DNA of 64,000 nucleotides, taken from the NCBI RefSeq assembly GCF_001194135.2, contig NC_068983.1, positions 53,775,666-53,839,665 on the forward strand, written 5' to 3'. Source of the stretch: Octopus bimaculoides (Eukaryota). The notes under the pieces were generated by a model, which saw only the letters and a list, made by a program, of their open reading frames with translations, searched no databases and had not been told where the DNA came from. Shown piece after piece: positions 62,880 through 64,000 of the stretch. Each line of letters starts with the position of its first letter. Position 1 is the stretch's first letter. The position numbers and the translations under genes were made by a program.

Positions 62880-63070
62880 AGGCGGCGAGTTGGCAGAGAC
62901 GTTAGCACGCCGGACGAAATGCTTAGCGGTATTTCGTCAGTCATTACGTTCTGAGTTCAAATTCCGCTGAGGTTGACTTTGCCTTTCATCCTTTCGAAGT
63001 CGATTGGAGTCGATCTTATCGACTGGCCTCCTCCCCAAAAATTTCGGGCGTTGTGCCTAGAGTAGAAAAG
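62880..63070 (+). mobile_element. SINE family A
   Basis: ggcggcgagttggcagagacgttagcacgcc...gtgcctagagtagaaaag. Confidence 0.88.
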
Positions 63071-63369
63071 TATACTGATTTAATGTATTATATATTCCAG
63101 CAATAAACTTTTGGTAAAGTGTCAGGGAGACAATTATAGAATTATTCAATAAAACGAGTTGTTCACTTCATTCTCCTTGTTAGTATGTATATATATTATA
63201 TAAGTTGCGATGGCTAAATTATCGCCATTTTATATTATTAATTTCGCACACGTGCGTTGTTTTTTATTTTGTCGACTACACTGCATAGTAGGGTCAGTTG
63301 GGCACCGTCTGTGAAAAAAACAGCACCACAATGCTTTTCACTCAGCCAGAAATTTGGAAACGACATGCA

Positions 63370-64000
63370 GTACTGCTTGACATTTGCTCCAGAAGCTCCA
63401 ATACGAACATTTTTTTGCGAACAGTTTTAAATGGCCCATTCACACGGGCCATTCTTGACACGTTCACCTACCTTTCAACAAACTTACTGGGTAACACTAC
63501 CTCCCTGTCCAGCCTCACTTTCCTTTCCAAGTGGAACCTGACAAAGTCAATGAGGCCTTGGCCGAAGGGGAAGGTACTCGTCTTCAACCCGTTCTATCGC
63601 GTCCACCACACAACTTCTTTCGCTATAGCCACCAGAAAAAGAAAAACTGCCTGTCCTTCCCGGCCAAAGGAAGGAAGCAGGACGATCTTCACAATGGACT
63701 CGGACGATAGACGGATCCGTCCTACGCTTGACAATAACTGTTCGACAAAGCTCCACAAGTCTGTACGAGAGCGTGCAGAACGGTTTCATTGCCCCGCGTG
63801 CATCTCGGACAAGCCCGTGTGACTGCACATCCGTGCCTGTAGAGCTTATCACGAACCGGCAGAGCCCCCGGTTGCACTGCCAGACCAGGGATTTCTGGAA
63901 GTTATCCATAGACCTTGGTTCGAAAATCCTTCGGAAGAGACCAGCCAATTGATCACTCCCGACGCCCAGAACCGCTCCGAGAACGTCGTCACTCTTGCCC
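63370..64000 (-). pseudogene. Tx1/L1-clade LINE ORF2 C-terminus with zinc knuckle, running off the window
   Basis: RRIFEPRSMDNFQKSLVWQC / DKLYRHGCAVTRACPRCTRGNETVLHAL / LWSFVEQLLS..AIAKEVVWWTR*..RFHLERKVRL, with frameshifts and stops. Confidence 0.8.

Noticed and set aside
63298-63822. 174-aa plus-strand ORF
   Set aside because: It is the antisense shadow of the Tx1-like LINE on the minus strand and has no recognisable motifs.

Overview
AT-rich, microsatellite-saturated eukaryotic DNA with eight N gaps. The SINE families, TTAGGG repeats and transposon content point to a coleoid cephalopod, probably Octopus (inference). I find no host protein-coding exon; most listed ORFs are microsatellite or gap artefacts. 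The window is a transposon graveyard: four abundant SINE or short-retroposon families; decayed CR1, RTE, R4/Dong-like, Tx1/L1 and I/Jockey LINE pieces; Tc1, mariner, MULE, Merlin and Sola-like transposase remnants; piggyBac, hAT and pogo MITEs; and a probable solo LTR. The signal these do not explain is RNA-level. At least eight type I hammerhead ribozyme motifs from about five unrelated short elements lie in the first 31 kb, all with a palindromic or near-palindromic helix III (the dimer-cleaving type of Penelope-like elements and metazoan retrozymes). They include a tandem pair 353 nt apart (retrozyme/circRNA-like) and an inverted pair with a G3-C8 swapped core. There are also two 5S-rRNA-headed retroposons. 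One is a full-length 5S fused to the 3' tail of a resident tRNA-SINE, with a 13-bp target-site duplication. All structures were folded by eye and none is experimentally tested.
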